A DNA stretch of 64,000 nucleotides from Tepidisphaera sp. (GCA_050916045.1 CP051526.1:1504001-1568000), one strand, 5' to 3'; positions 32,185-43,777 are shown, counted from the stretch's first letter. Notes: generated by a model from the letters alone, not told the origin. Numbers and translations are program-made.

Positions 32185-32787
32185 TCATGCCCGCGCGTGC
32201 AAGCGTTGAAACAGCCACGCCCGCGCGAACGCCCAGCGCCGATCCACCGTGCTCGTCGAGAGCCCCAGCGTCTGGGCCGTTTGCTCGACGCTGAGTCCCG
32301 CGAAGAACCGCAGCCGCACGATGGCCGCGCCATCCGGCGACTCAGTCTCCAAGCGACGAACCAGATCATCGAACCTCACGATTTCTTCTGGCTCCCTCTG
32401 TGACAGCGCCGCGACATCCTCAAAGTCGGCGAGGTGCTGCCCGCGTATGACCGCGCCATCAGGCCCTCCGCCTCGCTTGAGCCGCATCCGTCCCTTGGCG
32501 TGATCGAGCAGGATCTGCCGCATCGCTTCCGCCGCCGCAGCGTAGAAATGGCCCCGCCCCGACCACGGCACCTCACGCGGCCCGGCAAGTTTCAAATAGG
32601 CCTCGTGGACCAGTGCGGTCGCCGAAAGGGTGTGGCCCGCTCGTTCACCCGCCAGGCCAAGCTGGGCAGCCTTCCGCAGTTGCTCGTAGACCAGCGGCAA
32701 CAGCCGATCAGCGGCTGACTTGTCCCCGCCGGCGGCAGCAACCATCAGCAGCGTGGCATCTTCGGGTTGGGGAGGCGCGGGGGACAT
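32185..32787 (-). CDS. ECF-type RNA polymerase sigma factor (planctomycete kinase-associated type)
   Basis: LLPLVYEQLR, HTLSATALVHEAYLKL, AAAEAMRQILLDHA, LRFFAGLS, RRWAFARAWL; 12 nt upstream of the kinase gene. Confidence 0.92.
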   Translation of the reverse strand: MSPAPPQPEDATLLMVAAAGGDKSAADRLLPLVYEQLRKAAQLGLAGERAGHTLSATALVHEAYLKLAGPREVPWSGRGHFYAAAAEAMRQILLDHAKGRMRLKRGGGPDGAVIRGQHLADFEDVAALSQREPEEIVRFDDLVRRLETESPDGAAIVRLRFFAGLSVEQTAQTLGLSTSTVDRRWAFARAWLFQRLHARA

Positions 32788-32924
32788 GGCCCCATGGTAA
32801 TCGCCCACCACATGCGGAACGGCAGAGCCGTTGGCCTCCCGAATGCGAACCTCCGAATGCAGGCTCGGTGGCCGGTTCAAGTCCTGCCAGGAGTCGGCTT
32901 AAATTGGTCGGGTTCCGACCTCGA

Positions 32925-33044
32925 GCTCACGATCGTTTGAACCGGCGGCCACGGTCGGCAAGTTCCTCGCTTACAACGAGAAAGCCCCTCGATGTGCTCA
33001 TCGAAGGGCTTTACTCTGAAACAAATCGGGGTGGCGGGATTTGA
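32925..33044 (+). pseudogene. Possible 3'-terminal remnant of the island's recombinase gene, reading into the tRNA
   Basis: Translates ...LNRRPRSASSSLTTRKPLDVLIEGLYSETNRGGGI*, with the stop inside the tRNA antisense; the similar peptide TKEPFDDRVEGLSFWSRGGG lies at 23091-23150. Recombinase identity is recollection, not verified. Confidence 0.35.
32981..33012 (-). terminator. Hairpin immediately downstream of tRNA-Pro (likely terminator)
   Basis: AAAGCCCCTCGATG-TGCT-CATCGAAGGGCTTT, 13 nt from the tRNA 3' end. Confidence 0.65.
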
Positions 33045-33099
33045 ACCCACGACCTTTTGACCCCCAGTCAAACGCGCTACCAAGCTGCGCTACACCCCG
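33026..33099 (-). tRNA. tRNA-Pro (anticodon GGG), CCA not encoded
   Basis: Reverse complement CGGGGTG-TAGCGCAGCTTGGTAGCGCG-TTTGA CTGGGGG TCAAA-AGGTC-GTGGGTTCAAATCCCGC-CACCCCG-A folds as a cloverleaf. Confidence 0.97.
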
Positions 33100-33180
33100 G
33101 TCCCGCCAGTTTCGCCGCAAAGCGTCGCTGGCTGCCGTGGGGCAACATTAGGCACCTTCCGCCGGAATATCCTCCCGCCG

Positions 33181-34554
33181 ATGCCCTCCCCCTCCACCCG
33201 CGCCGACCGTCCCGCCCGCCTCCTCATCCAGAACGGACGGGTCCTCGACCCCGCTTCCGGTCTCGACAAGGTCTGTGACGTCGCGATCGCGGACGGCAAG
33301 GTCGCCGAGATCGGCAAGCGGCTCTCCTCCACGCCCGCCGACCACGTCATCAACGCCGACGGCTGCCTCGTCACCCCAGGCCTGATCGACCCGCACGTCC
33401 ACCTCCGTGAGCCCGGCCACGAGCACAAGGAGACCATCGCGACCGGCGCCGCAGCCGCCGTCCGCGGCGGCTTCACCACCGTCTGCTGCATGCCCAACAC
33501 CGCCCCGGCTCTCGACACGCCCGAGCTCGTCCGGTTTGTCCTCGACCGCGCGGCCGCCGCGATGCAAGCCGCCCCCGCGTGCCGAGTCTTCCCCGTCGCC
33601 GCCGGCACCAAATCCCGCCGCGGCGATGAGCCCGCCGAGATCCAGCTCTGCGCCAAAGCCGGCGCCGTCGCGTTCTCCGATGACGGCGACGCCATCGCTT
33701 CCGCAGGCGTCATGAACCGCGTCCTCACCCAGGTCAAGCAGACCGGCATGACGTTCATGCAGCACTGCCAGGACCCGACGCTCACCAAGGGTGCCGCCAT
33801 GCACGCCGGTGCCCTCGCCGTGCGCCTTGGTCTGGGCGGCTGGCCCCGCGTCGCCGAAGAGATCATCGTCGAACGCGACGCCCGTCTCGCCCGAAACATC
33901 GGGTGCCGCTACCACGTCCAGCACATCTCTTCCGCCGGCACCTGCGAGATCATGGCCCGCGTCCGCGACTCCAAGGAAGCCCGCGCCCTCATCACCGGTG
34001 AAGCTTCCCCGCACCACCTGCTCCTCACCTGCGACGAGATCGAAAAGCCGAGCACCTCCGGCCGCGGCAGCTACAACACCCTCGCCAAGGTCAATCCGCC
34101 CCTCCGCGAGAAAAAGGATGTGGAAGCCCTCCGCCAGGCCGTCGCCGACGGCGTCGTCACCGTCCTCGCCACCGACCACGCGCCGCACGCCGCCGATGAG
34201 AAAGCCCTCCCCTTCGAGGAAGCCCCGATGGGCATGGTCGGCCTCGAAACCGCCCTCCCGCTCTACATCGAAGCCCTCATCGCGACCAAAGCCGTCTCTT
34301 GGAAGCGCCTCATCGCGATGATGACCATCGAGCCGGCTCGCCTCTGCAACCTTGATGCGTGCGGCCTCGGCATGCTCAAGGTCGGCGGCCCCGCGGACGT
34401 CACCGTCATCGATCCCGAATCGTCCTGGACCATCCGCGCCGCCGACCTCACCAGCCGCTCGAAGAACACTCCCTTCGACGGCCGCAAGGTCAAGGGCCGC
34501 ATCGCCGCGACGATCGTCGGCGGCCGCGTCATGTTCGAGAATCAGGATCGGTAG
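33181..34554 (+). CDS. pyrC: Dihydroorotase (multifunctional-complex type)
   Basis: PGLIDPHVHLREPG, CMPNT, FSDDG, KVNPPLR, ATDHAPH, SKNTPF. Confidence 0.93.
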   Translation: MPSPSTRADRPARLLIQNGRVLDPASGLDKVCDVAIADGKVAEIGKRLSSTPADHVINADGCLVTPGLIDPHVHLREPGHEHKETIATGAAAAVRGGFTTVCCMPNTAPALDTPELVRFVLDRAAAAMQAAPACRVFPVAAGTKSRRGDEPAEIQLCAKAGAVAFSDDGDAIASAGVMNRVLTQVKQTGMTFMQHCQDPTLTKGAAMHAGALAVRLGLGGWPRVAEEIIVERDARLARNIGCRYHVQHISSAGTCEIMARVRDSKEARALITGEASPHHLLLTCDEIEKPSTSGRGSYNTLAKVNPPLREKKDVEALRQAVADGVVTVLATDHAPHAADEKALPFEEAPMGMVGLETALPLYIEALIATKAVSWKRLIAMMTIEPARLCNLDACGLGMLKVGGPADVTVIDPESSWTIRAADLTSRSKNTPFDGRKVKGRIAATIVGGRVMFENQDR

Positions 34555-34583
34555 TCGCCGCAAAGCCCGCACCGGCCGAGCCG

Positions 34584-35312
34584 TTACCTCAGCTCGACCG
34601 ACCAGTACGCGGCATCCAGGAACTGCTTCCAGCTCTCGTACTTCTCATGCCCCAGCCGCAGAGCGATCACCGGGTTGCGCTTGGGACGCTCTGCTTTGCG
34701 GATCAGCTTCATCCCAGCCTGATCGGGCGTCCGGCCCCCCTTGCGGGCGTTGCAGCGGATGCACGCGCAGACCAAGTTCTCCCACGAGTCGCCGCCGCCC
34801 AAAGTCCGCGGCAGCACGTGGTCGATCGACAGGTCGCACGTTGAGAAGTGCTTGCCGCAGTACTGGCACTGGTTGCGGTCGCGAGCGAACAGGTTGCGTC
34901 GATTGAGCTTGACGACCTGTTCGGGCAGCCGGTCGTACCCAACCAGCCGGATGATCTTGGGCACTGCGATCTCAAACCGCACGGTCCGCACCCAGTCGTG
35001 ATGGGCTGAGGCCTGAAAGTGATCGCGAGCCTGAGAGACCTCGGCCCACGAGTCAAAGTCGTACGTCAGATACCGCGGGCCGTCGCTCGCATTCTCGACG
35101 TGGATGACCTCCGCGATCTCGCGGCAAAGCATCGAGAACGCTCGCCGCGCCGAGACCACGCGGACCGCCATGTAAAGCTTGTTGAGGACCAGAACTTTCG
35201 AGTTCAGCGATTCGCACCCCGCAAGCAGCGGGGAGGAAAGATCATCCTCGGCGAACTCCTCTTCGAAGTCTGCCGGTTTGCTCGGCGAACTTTGCCGCGG
35301 GCGACGATCCAT
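34584..35312 (-). CDS. HNH endonuclease
   Basis: VLVLN, RRNLFARDRNQCQYCG, SIDHVLPR..GG.DSWENLVCACIRCNARKG. Confidence 0.88.
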   Translation of the reverse strand: MDRRPRQSSPSKPADFEEEFAEDDLSSPLLAGCESLNSKVLVLNKLYMAVRVVSARRAFSMLCREIAEVIHVENASDGPRYLTYDFDSWAEVSQARDHFQASAHHDWVRTVRFEIAVPKIIRLVGYDRLPEQVVKLNRRNLFARDRNQCQYCGKHFSTCDLSIDHVLPRTLGGGDSWENLVCACIRCNARKGGRTPDQAGMKLIRKAERPKRNPVIALRLGHEKYESWKQFLDAAYWSVELR

Positions 35313-35426
35313 ACTCGGCCTAAGCGTCCTTTCGGGCGTACGGCCGGACACCAACAGTATCCCGACCATCGGGCCGATTCCGCTCGGACTTCAAGCCCGC
35401 TCCCCCGGCCCCTAACCTCCCCCCGC

Positions 35427-36164
35427 ATGCTCATCCTCTTCGACATCGACGCCACCCTCCTCACCTCGAGCAAAGCCGGCATCCTCGCTCTCGAACGAGG
35501 CGGCAAGGACGCTTTCGGCGATCGGTTCACGATCGACGGCGTCGACTTCGCAGGACGCCTCGACCCCCTGATCATCGCCGACCTCCTCCGCCAGAACCGC
35601 CTCGATCACACCCCCGAGAACGCCGAGCGGCTCAAGGCCGGGTACATCCGCAACTTGCCGGAGTACCTCGCCCGGCCCGGCTCGACCACCACCTGCCCGG
35701 GGGTCCACCCGCTCTTGGACGAGCTCCGCCGTCATGGGCAAATCACCCTGGGCCTCCTGACCGGGAACTTCGCCGAGACCGGGGCCCTCAAGCTGCGATC
35801 CGTCGGGATCGACCCGTCCTGGTTCCCCGTCCACGTCTGGGGGGACCAGTCCCCGCACAACCCGCCCGCCCGCGACCACCTGCCGCCCCTGGGCCTCGCC
35901 CGGTTCGAGGAACTGCACGGCCGCCCGGCCGAGCCTGGCCGCACCGTCATCATCGGCGACACGCCCCACGACATCCGCTGCGCCAAGGTCAACGGCTGCA
36001 AGAGCCTCGGCGTAGCCACCGGCCAGTTCTCCCTGGACCAACTCCGTGCGCACGACCCCTCTCACGTCCTCGCCGACCTCTCCGAAACCCGAGCCGTGCT
36101 GGGGTGGCTGCTCGAAGCGGTGGGGGCCTCGCGCGGGTTCTCGGCCGAGCCAACTCCCCGATAA
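35427..36164 (+). CDS. HAD-superfamily hydrolase
   Basis: LFDIDATL (motif I), LLTGN, IGDTPHD; start trimmed to ATG 35427. Confidence 0.88.
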   Translation: MLILFDIDATLLTSSKAGILALERGGKDAFGDRFTIDGVDFAGRLDPLIIADLLRQNRLDHTPENAERLKAGYIRNLPEYLARPGSTTTCPGVHPLLDELRRHGQITLGLLTGNFAETGALKLRSVGIDPSWFPVHVWGDQSPHNPPARDHLPPLGLARFEELHGRPAEPGRTVIIGDTPHDIRCAKVNGCKSLGVATGQFSLDQLRAHDPSHVLADLSETRAVLGWLLEAVGASRGFSAEPTPR

Positions 36165-36229
36165 CCGACAGGTTTTGGATGCGGTGAAGTCCCCCTTCAG
36201 AATCCGCGCGGTCCCGCTATCATTCGGCA

Positions 36230-36970
36230 ATGTCTGACAGCGTGCGAGCACTCGCGACCGATCTGTATCTCAACCTGAAACTTCAGGTCAAGATGGAACT
36301 CCCTCGCTCGCGCGAGATCGTGCTCGACCTCTTCGAGCGCGTCCGCAAGCAGTACCCGACCATCAGCAGTTTCCGGAAGTTCAAGGATGAGCTTGCGCTC
36401 GAGTCGCCGCCGGATGCGGACCGCAACCGCTGGCTCGCGCTCAAGCCCAACTGCGTGCGCACGGGGTGCGTCAATCCGACGGACCTCTCCGAGGCGTACG
36501 AGTTCCACAAGAACATGCTGGCGATCACGCCGTTCTATCTGGGCATCAGCCCGATCGACGTCGAGTACGTGGAGCTCCTCTTCGGGTTTGATCTGGTGAC
36601 CGGGGGCAACCACGACCAGATCGTGCTTGAGGGGCTTCTCGGCGGGTCCCCGCTGGGCGGGCTGATGGAGATGAAGGAGGGCGAGGTTGTCGATTGCCAG
36701 CCCGTGGTGGGTTTCAGCATCAAGGGCAAGGACGAAGTGCAAGCTCACTTTGAGGTCAAGACGCACCCGACCGCGACCCGCAAGGAAGGGCAGCCCGAGC
36801 CCATCAGCATCTACCTCACGATGCGGCGGTTCGGGCACCTGACAGACATCAAGGAACTCCCGAGCATCTTCGACACCCTCGCCGCGCGCGGCGAGCGACT
36901 CATGGATGAGATGGTCATCCCCAGGATGCTGATTCCGATCCGGCAAGCCGCAGGCATGGGGCACGGCTGA
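36230..36970 (+). CDS. Hypothetical protein
   Basis: Long ORF with host-like codon usage; abuts the next ORF (TGA then ATG). Confidence 0.75.
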   Translation: MSDSVRALATDLYLNLKLQVKMELPRSREIVLDLFERVRKQYPTISSFRKFKDELALESPPDADRNRWLALKPNCVRTGCVNPTDLSEAYEFHKNMLAITPFYLGISPIDVEYVELLFGFDLVTGGNHDQIVLEGLLGGSPLGGLMEMKEGEVVDCQPVVGFSIKGKDEVQAHFEVKTHPTATRKEGQPEPISIYLTMRRFGHLTDIKELPSIFDTLAARGERLMDEMVIPRMLIPIRQAAGMGHG

Positions 36971-37423
36971 ATGGCCGCGTCCATCGTCCAGCCCGATCCT
37001 CAGCCCGCAAGCGGCTCCTCCGCCGAAGCTCAACCCGTCGACGAGTCGACCGACCAGCCCGCGTCCGACGTGGAATCGTCACCGAGCAGTCGCGGAGTCC
37101 CCGCGCAGGTCGTTCCTCGGACCACCAACGATCGCGGGGTGCCGAGCAGCTCCGCGGTCGGGGAAGCTTGGCTTTGGGTCGGCGTGCTCATCGTCGTCAC
37201 GGTGCTGGGCGGGCTGGGCCTGATGTGGTACCGCCGCCGGGTGCTTGCTTCGGCGAACACCGAGGGCGTCGAGGGGTTCATGGAATCGATGCGGCGGATG
37301 CGGGCGAGCGGCGAGATGAGCGAGGAGGAGTTCCAGGCCGTGCGCCGAAACCTCGTCGCCGGCATGTCGCGATCGATGAAGGACGGGCCAGCCGCAAAGG
37401 GGCGAGAACGCGGTTCGCGGTAG
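36971..37423 (+). CDS. Single-TM protein with a SHOCT-like C-terminus
   Basis: TM helix, then MRRMRASGEMSEEEFQAVR. Confidence 0.7.
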   Translation: MAASIVQPDPQPASGSSAEAQPVDESTDQPASDVESSPSSRGVPAQVVPRTTNDRGVPSSSAVGEAWLWVGVLIVVTVLGGLGLMWYRRRVLASANTEGVEGFMESMRRMRASGEMSEEEFQAVRRNLVAGMSRSMKDGPAAKGRERGSR

Positions 37424-37633
37424 GGCGTGCGGTCGGGCGTTCGGGGCGTGTTTCCGGACCTTCGTCGCCGCCGCTTTGGACGAGATACGCTCCGCCTGTG
37501 AGGATGGGCGGTTTATGGGCGGTCTTTGCGCGATCCGGGATGCCGATTGCAGACTCCGCCGCAGACCGCCGATAGAGAGATCACTACACGCTCAGGCGGG
37601 AGCGCGCGTCGCTCCACCAGGAACCACCACCCC

Positions 37634-38950
<1,317 letters not shown>

Positions 38951-38977
38951 AGCCCTGTTCGCCACGCGAACCAACGA

Positions 38978-39015
38978 CGAGGGCGACCGGATCTCCGGTC
39001 GCCCTCGGTGTTTTT
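38978..39015 (+). terminator. Intrinsic terminator after clpX
   Basis: CGAGGGCGACCGG-ATCT-CCGGTCGCCCTCG followed by GTGTTTTT. Confidence 0.85.
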
Positions 39016-39033
39016 CAGGTTCCCGCGTGAAGG

Positions 39034-40698
39034 TCAGCAGCCCGCTTCGAACGCTTCCACGTACCCGTCATAATCGAAGAAGTCCGTGAAGGCGTCGCCG
39101 TTGAAGTCCGCGGTGCGGCCCGGCGGGCAGACGCCGGTCTCAAAGCAGAGCACGTACGCGTCGTAGTCGAAGAAATCGAGGAACCCGTCCTCGTTGAAGT
39201 CCGGCCCGCATGACGGCGGCGTCCCGTCGTTGCGCATGATGATGATCACGTCGGCGATCTCGTCGGAAAAGACCAGGTCCATGTCGCCGTCGTTGTCCAT
39301 GTCCACCGGCGCGGTGCACGAGGGGTTGGAGGGCGCGACGAACTCGCGAGCCAGCGAGAAGATGCCCGAGCCGTTGTTGCGGTAGAGGTACCAGCGGCCG
39401 GCGCCAAAGGATGAGAGCACCCAGTCCAGATCGCCATCGCCGTCGATGTCGGCGAAGTCGGTCGCGACAGTGTGCCCGCCCGTCGAGAGGATCTGCGGGG
39501 CTTGGAGCGTGCCGTTGCCGTTCCCGCGGAGGATCGCGCCGTTGGAGGTGAAAGCGTTGGCGACCGCGACGTCCATGATCCGGTCGTTGTTGACGTCGCC
39601 GCAGGCGACGACCCAGCACTGGCCGCCCACGTTCCGGGTCGAGCCTGGGACGAGGGTGAAGGTCCCGTTGCCGTTGCCGCGGAGGACGGAGATCTGCTGG
39701 TTGCTGGTGCCGGCGACAACGAGGTCGAAGAGGCCGTCGCCGTCCATATCGGCCGAGGACATGCCGTACTCGCCGTTCACGCCGCCGTCGAAAGTCACGG
39801 GTGTCGCGAAAGTCCCGTTGCCGTTGTTGCGGATGAACTCGATGCGGCTTGCGCCGGCGCAGGCGACGGTGATGTCGAAATCCCCGTCGCCGTCGGCATC
39901 AAACAGGCCCAGGCCGCGCGGGTACGAGCCCACGTCGATCTCGGTCACCGACCGGAACGTGCCGTCGCCCCGGCCGAAAGCGATGGCGACCTGCGAGTCG
40001 TTGGCGCTGGAGGTGATGACGTCGATGAAGCCGTCGCCGTCGAAGTCTGCGATGTCGTTGGGGCTCGATTCGAAGGGAAGCGGCGTGTACGGCGTCATCA
40101 TCGGCTGGACGAGCCCGCTTCCGTCGGCGCGGTTCAGAAAGACGCGGAGGTCGGCCGAGACTTCATTGACCGTGCAGAGGTCGGCCCAGCCGTCGCGGTT
40201 GAGGTCGCAGGCGTTGGTCCCGTAGATGCGGGTCTGCGCGCCGGTCAGATCGCGGTTGGAAAGCGAAGCGATCTGCGTGAATTGCCCCGAGGAGACCGCC
40301 GCTCGCACGGTGTACTGCTGCGTGTACCCGGTGGAACGGATCGCGACGCCGTCGGTCCCGCGGATGTTGCGGGAGAGCGTCGAAAGCACCACCTCGCCTG
40401 CGAAGGGCGCCCGGGTGGGGGTCAGCGTCACCGTGCGGTCGCCGTTGGAGAAGGAGTAGGTGCCGCCCAGAGGGCCCGTCATCCGGCCGAAAAGGTGGAA
40501 ACTGGCGGAGGTGATGGTCGAGCGGTCGACCGGCCGGTCGAACGTGACCGTGAAGGAGGTTGACCTCGGAAGGTTGTTCTCGTTTCGGAGGGGCGCGGTG
40601 CTTGAGATCGTCATCTGGCCGAGAGAACAGGTGGCGATGGCGAGGGCGCACGAGAAAGCGGTGGCTTGCAAGGCCGTGACGGAACGGAGTTTGACCAT
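39034..40698 (-). CDS. Secreted Ig-like + FG-GAP/VCBS-repeat protein with C-terminal dockerin-like (GC-ending) domain
   Basis: Signal peptide; VTFDRPVD Ig-like domain; about seven D[F/L/M]xxDGxxD repeats; tail CGPDFNEDGFLDFFDY...AFEAGC; GAGGA before ATG 40698. Confidence 0.88.
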   Translation of the reverse strand: MVKLRSVTALQATAFSCALAIATCSLGQMTISSTAPLRNENNLPRSTSFTVTFDRPVDRSTITSASFHLFGRMTGPLGGTYSFSNGDRTVTLTPTRAPFAGEVVLSTLSRNIRGTDGVAIRSTGYTQQYTVRAAVSSGQFTQIASLSNRDLTGAQTRIYGTNACDLNRDGWADLCTVNEVSADLRVFLNRADGSGLVQPMMTPYTPLPFESSPNDIADFDGDGFIDVITSSANDSQVAIAFGRGDGTFRSVTEIDVGSYPRGLGLFDADGDGDFDITVACAGASRIEFIRNNGNGTFATPVTFDGGVNGEYGMSSADMDGDGLFDLVVAGTSNQQISVLRGNGNGTFTLVPGSTRNVGGQCWVVACGDVNNDRIMDVAVANAFTSNGAILRGNGNGTLQAPQILSTGGHTVATDFADIDGDGDLDWVLSSFGAGRWYLYRNNGSGIFSLAREFVAPSNPSCTAPVDMDNDGDMDLVFSDEIADVIIIMRNDGTPPSCGPDFNEDGFLDFFDYDAYVLCFETGVCPPGRTADFNGDAFTDFFDYDGYVEAFEAGC

Positions 40699-40792
40699 GG
40701 CACAATCCTCGGTGGACGCGAGCAGAGCGTACCAGATCGTGCGGGCTGGCCGAGCATCAAATGTGCGAAAAAGCTGTGAAGCCGCGCGGAAG

Positions 40793-41368
40793 TCAGCCCT
40801 GCCGCTCGAGTTGCTTGATCTTGAGCCTGTTCTTGAGGCGGGAGATCTGCGTGAACTTGTCGATGATGAGGACACCGTCGAGGTGGTCGAACTCGTGCTG
40901 CCAGCAGCGGGCGAGCAATCCTTGCGCGGATTCGGTGCGATGGACCCCCTCAATGTCCGTATAGGTGATGGTGATCGCCGGGGGGCGTTGCACCTGGCCG
41001 CGGATGTCGGGGAGGCTGAGGCAGCCTTCCTCGCCGGCTTCGACGGGGAGGGGGGGGGAGATCGCGGTGAGTTTGGGGTTGATGTAGACGACGGGGCCGT
41101 CGGTGAAGGAGGGGAGGGCGTCGGGGGCCGGGGCGGGTTCGTCGTCGTCCCGGCTTTCGCGTTCGGGGACATCGGCGATGAACATGCGCCAGGAGAGGCC
41201 GATCTGGGGGGCGGCCAGGCCGATGCCGCGTTCTTCGCGCATGACGGCGAGCATGCGCTTGGCGACCTGACGGACCTCGTCGTTGATCTCGGGGACGGGT
41301 TTGGCGACGGCCCGCAGAACCGGATCCGGGTAGGTGCGAATGGAGAGTTTGGCGGGGTCGACGGGCAT
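40793..41368 (-). CDS. def: Peptide deformylase
   Basis: GIGLAAPQIG, EGCLS, QHEFDHLDG. Confidence 0.96.
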   Translation of the reverse strand: MPVDPAKLSIRTYPDPVLRAVAKPVPEINDEVRQVAKRMLAVMREERGIGLAAPQIGLSWRMFIADVPERESRDDDEPAPAPDALPSFTDGPVVYINPKLTAISPPLPVEAGEEGCLSLPDIRGQVQRPPAITITYTDIEGVHRTESAQGLLARCWQHEFDHLDGVLIIDKFTQISRLKNRLKIKQLERQG

Positions 41369-41533
41369 TGAGGGAGGATAGAACGCCGCGCGGGGTGGGG
41401 TAGGGAGGATTGGGCGGGGGATTGGCGGGGGCGGCGGAACCTCCGGAGGGGGTGGGGGACGGGTACGATGAGGGTCCCGGCGGGGGCTTGGGCCTTGCCG
41501 GGGTCAATGAGCGTTCTCAGGAAGGAATCTGGC

Positions 41534-43009
41534 TTGGCGATCTTTGGCAAAGCGTTCGGCGGCTCCTCGAATGACGGTCCGACCCCGGCGGATTACTCCC
41601 CGGAGAAGGCTCAGAAGTTTTTCGACCACGCCAAGACGGCGATGGACACCGACAACTTCGAGTATGCGATCCAGCACTACTGCAACGGCTTGAAGCAGGA
41701 CCCTCGGCAGAAGACGGGGCTTGACGGGCTCTGGACCGCCGTGCTGAAGTTCAAGGACACGCCGCTTGGCAAGAAGGGCCCGAGCAAGGACACGTGGAAA
41801 GCCATTGATGGATCTGGCGACGTGGCGAAGTTCGTCACGTCGGTGCTTCAGTGGGCGGTCAGCCCCGGTGACGTCGGCGCGGCGCTCAAGGCGGCCGAGC
41901 TTGGCGGAAAGGTCAAGGCCGACGCGGTCGGCGAGACGATCGCGGATCAGGCGATGAAGCTCGCGGCGGCGGACAAGAAGCCGCGGAAGGACGTGTTCCT
42001 GAAGATTTCCGAGTCGTACCGGATGCTCGAGCGGCACGACAAGAGCCTGATGGCGGCGGAGCGTGCGCTGGCGCTGGACCCGACGGACGGTGACCTGTCC
42101 GCGAAGATCCGCACGCTCGCGGCCGCCGCGACGATGCAGAAGGGCGGGTACGAGCAGGCCGGCAGCGAGGGCGGGTTCCGGAACATGATCCGCGACGCCG
42201 CGAACCAGAAGCGGCTGACGGAACAGGACGCGATCGTCAAGACGGACGAGGCTCTGGATCGCATCATCGCGCAGGTGGAAGCGGATTACAACTCGCGGCC
42301 GACGGACCAGTTTGCGGTGCAGAAGTTCGTGGAGCGTCTCGTCGAACGCGGCCACAAAGCCGACCTCGCCCGGGCGATCCAGGTGCTCCGCAAGGGGTAC
42401 GAGGACACCCAGCAGATCCGGTTCAAGATCCGAGTCGGCGAGCTTGAGCTTCGCGACGCCAAGCAGAAACTCGACGAGATCGAGGAGGGCCTGAAGAAGT
42501 ACCCCGACGATGCGGACGCCCGGATGTTCTTTGAGAGCATGAAAGCGCAGTACGTCGAGCGGTCGATCGAGGAGCTCAAGATCCGCATCGCGGCCTATCC
42601 GACGGACAACCAGCACAAGTACGACCTGGCGAAGCTCTACTTCTACAACGATCGCTCGCAGGACGCGATCGGGTTGCTTCAGGAGATCCAGACCGATCCG
42701 AAGATCCGGACGACGGTGCTCAACATGCTCGGGCTGTCGTTCCTGAAGATCGGGTTCCTGCCCGAGTCGGTGGCGACGTTCCGGCAGGCGTGCGATGTGC
42801 GCGATGTGGGCGGCGAGTTCGGGATGGAGCTTCGGTACAACCTGATGCTTGCGCTGCGGAAGGTGGCGGAAGAGGACGGGGACCTGCCGGCCGCGGAGGA
42901 AGCCAACAAGATCGCTTCCACGATCGCGATGCAGAACGTCAAGTTCAAGGACATCATCACGCAGCGGTCGGAGATCAACAAGATCGTCCAGTCGCTCAAG
43001 AGCAAGTGA
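41534..43009 (+). CDS. TPR-repeat protein
   Basis: All-helical, with TPR-like segments (AERALALDP, YDLAKLY, NMLGLSF); TTG start after AGGAAGGA inferred (ATG 41507 is an alternative). Confidence 0.7.
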   Translation: MAIFGKAFGGSSNDGPTPADYSPEKAQKFFDHAKTAMDTDNFEYAIQHYCNGLKQDPRQKTGLDGLWTAVLKFKDTPLGKKGPSKDTWKAIDGSGDVAKFVTSVLQWAVSPGDVGAALKAAELGGKVKADAVGETIADQAMKLAAADKKPRKDVFLKISESYRMLERHDKSLMAAERALALDPTDGDLSAKIRTLAAAATMQKGGYEQAGSEGGFRNMIRDAANQKRLTEQDAIVKTDEALDRIIAQVEADYNSRPTDQFAVQKFVERLVERGHKADLARAIQVLRKGYEDTQQIRFKIRVGELELRDAKQKLDEIEEGLKKYPDDADARMFFESMKAQYVERSIEELKIRIAAYPTDNQHKYDLAKLYFYNDRSQDAIGLLQEIQTDPKIRTTVLNMLGLSFLKIGFLPESVATFRQACDVRDVGGEFGMELRYNLMLALRKVAEEDGDLPAAEEANKIASTIAMQNVKFKDIITQRSEINKIVQSLKSK

Positions 43010-43015
43010 CCGACC

Positions 43016-43777
43016 ATGGCAAAGAAGCCGGCTGTCGTCGCGATCATCCCCGCTCGCCTCGCGTCGTCGAGGCTGCCGGGAAAGGTCCTCCTCTCGGAGA
43101 CGGGTAAGCCGCTGATCCAGCACGTCGTCGAAGCGGCGCGCAAAGCCAAGGTGCTCGGCCGCGTGGTCGTCGCGACGGACTCCCGCGAGGTTGAAGCGGC
43201 GGTCAGGGCTTTCGGCGGCGAGGTCGTCATGACCCGCGTCAGCCATCCCAATGGCACCAGCCGTCTCGCCGAAGCCGCTCGCAAGCTCAAGCTCAGGGAC
43301 ACCGACATCGTCGTCAATGTTCAGGGTGATGAGCCCGAGATGGAGCGGTCGCTGATCACTGCGGCGGTGAAGTCGCTTCTGAAAGCCGGGTCGGAGGTCT
43401 CGACCGTCGGGATCCCGTTCGGGGCGGGGGACAACCCCGAGAATCCGAACATCGTGAAGGTTGTGACCGCCAAGAGCGGAGCGGCTCTGTACTTCTCGCG
43501 GTCGCGGGTGCCGTTCGTGCGGGATGCCGGAGCGGAAGCCCATCCGCCGCTGCGGCATGTGGGGCTTTACGTCTACCGAGCTGGGTTTCTGAAGAAATAC
43601 GTCAAGCTCGCGCCGGCCCCGATCGAGGTGGCGGAGAGCTTGGAGCAGCTCCGCGTGCTTTGGCACGGGTACCGGATCCAGGTCGCCGTCTGTCAGGGGC
43701 GGGTGCCGGCGGGGATTGACACCCGTGAGCAATATGACGCGTTTGTGGCCCGGTATCGGGATGGGCGCGGGCGGTAG
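43016..43777 (+). CDS. kdsB: 3-deoxy-manno-octulosonate cytidylyltransferase
   Basis: IIPARLASSRLPGK, VVATD, NVQGDEP, ALYFSR, RHVGLY, ESLEQLR. Confidence 0.95.
   Translation: MAKKPAVVAIIPARLASSRLPGKVLLSETGKPLIQHVVEAARKAKVLGRVVVATDSREVEAAVRAFGGEVVMTRVSHPNGTSRLAEAARKLKLRDTDIVVNVQGDEPEMERSLITAAVKSLLKAGSEVSTVGIPFGAGDNPENPNIVKVVTAKSGAALYFSRSRVPFVRDAGAEAHPPLRHVGLYVYRAGFLKKYVKLAPAPIEVAESLEQLRVLWHGYRIQVAVCQGRVPAGIDTREQYDAFVARYRDGRGR

Noticed and set aside
32871..32887. GCCGGTTCAAGTCCTGC, resembling a tRNA T-arm on the + strand
   Set aside because: Stem mismatch and no D-arm, anticodon arm or acceptor stem; too short to call a tRNA or a second att site.
34584..35312. HNH nuclease as a homing, mobile or defence element
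   Set aside because: Stand-alone gene among housekeeping genes, outside the island repeats, with no intron, methylase or repeat context.
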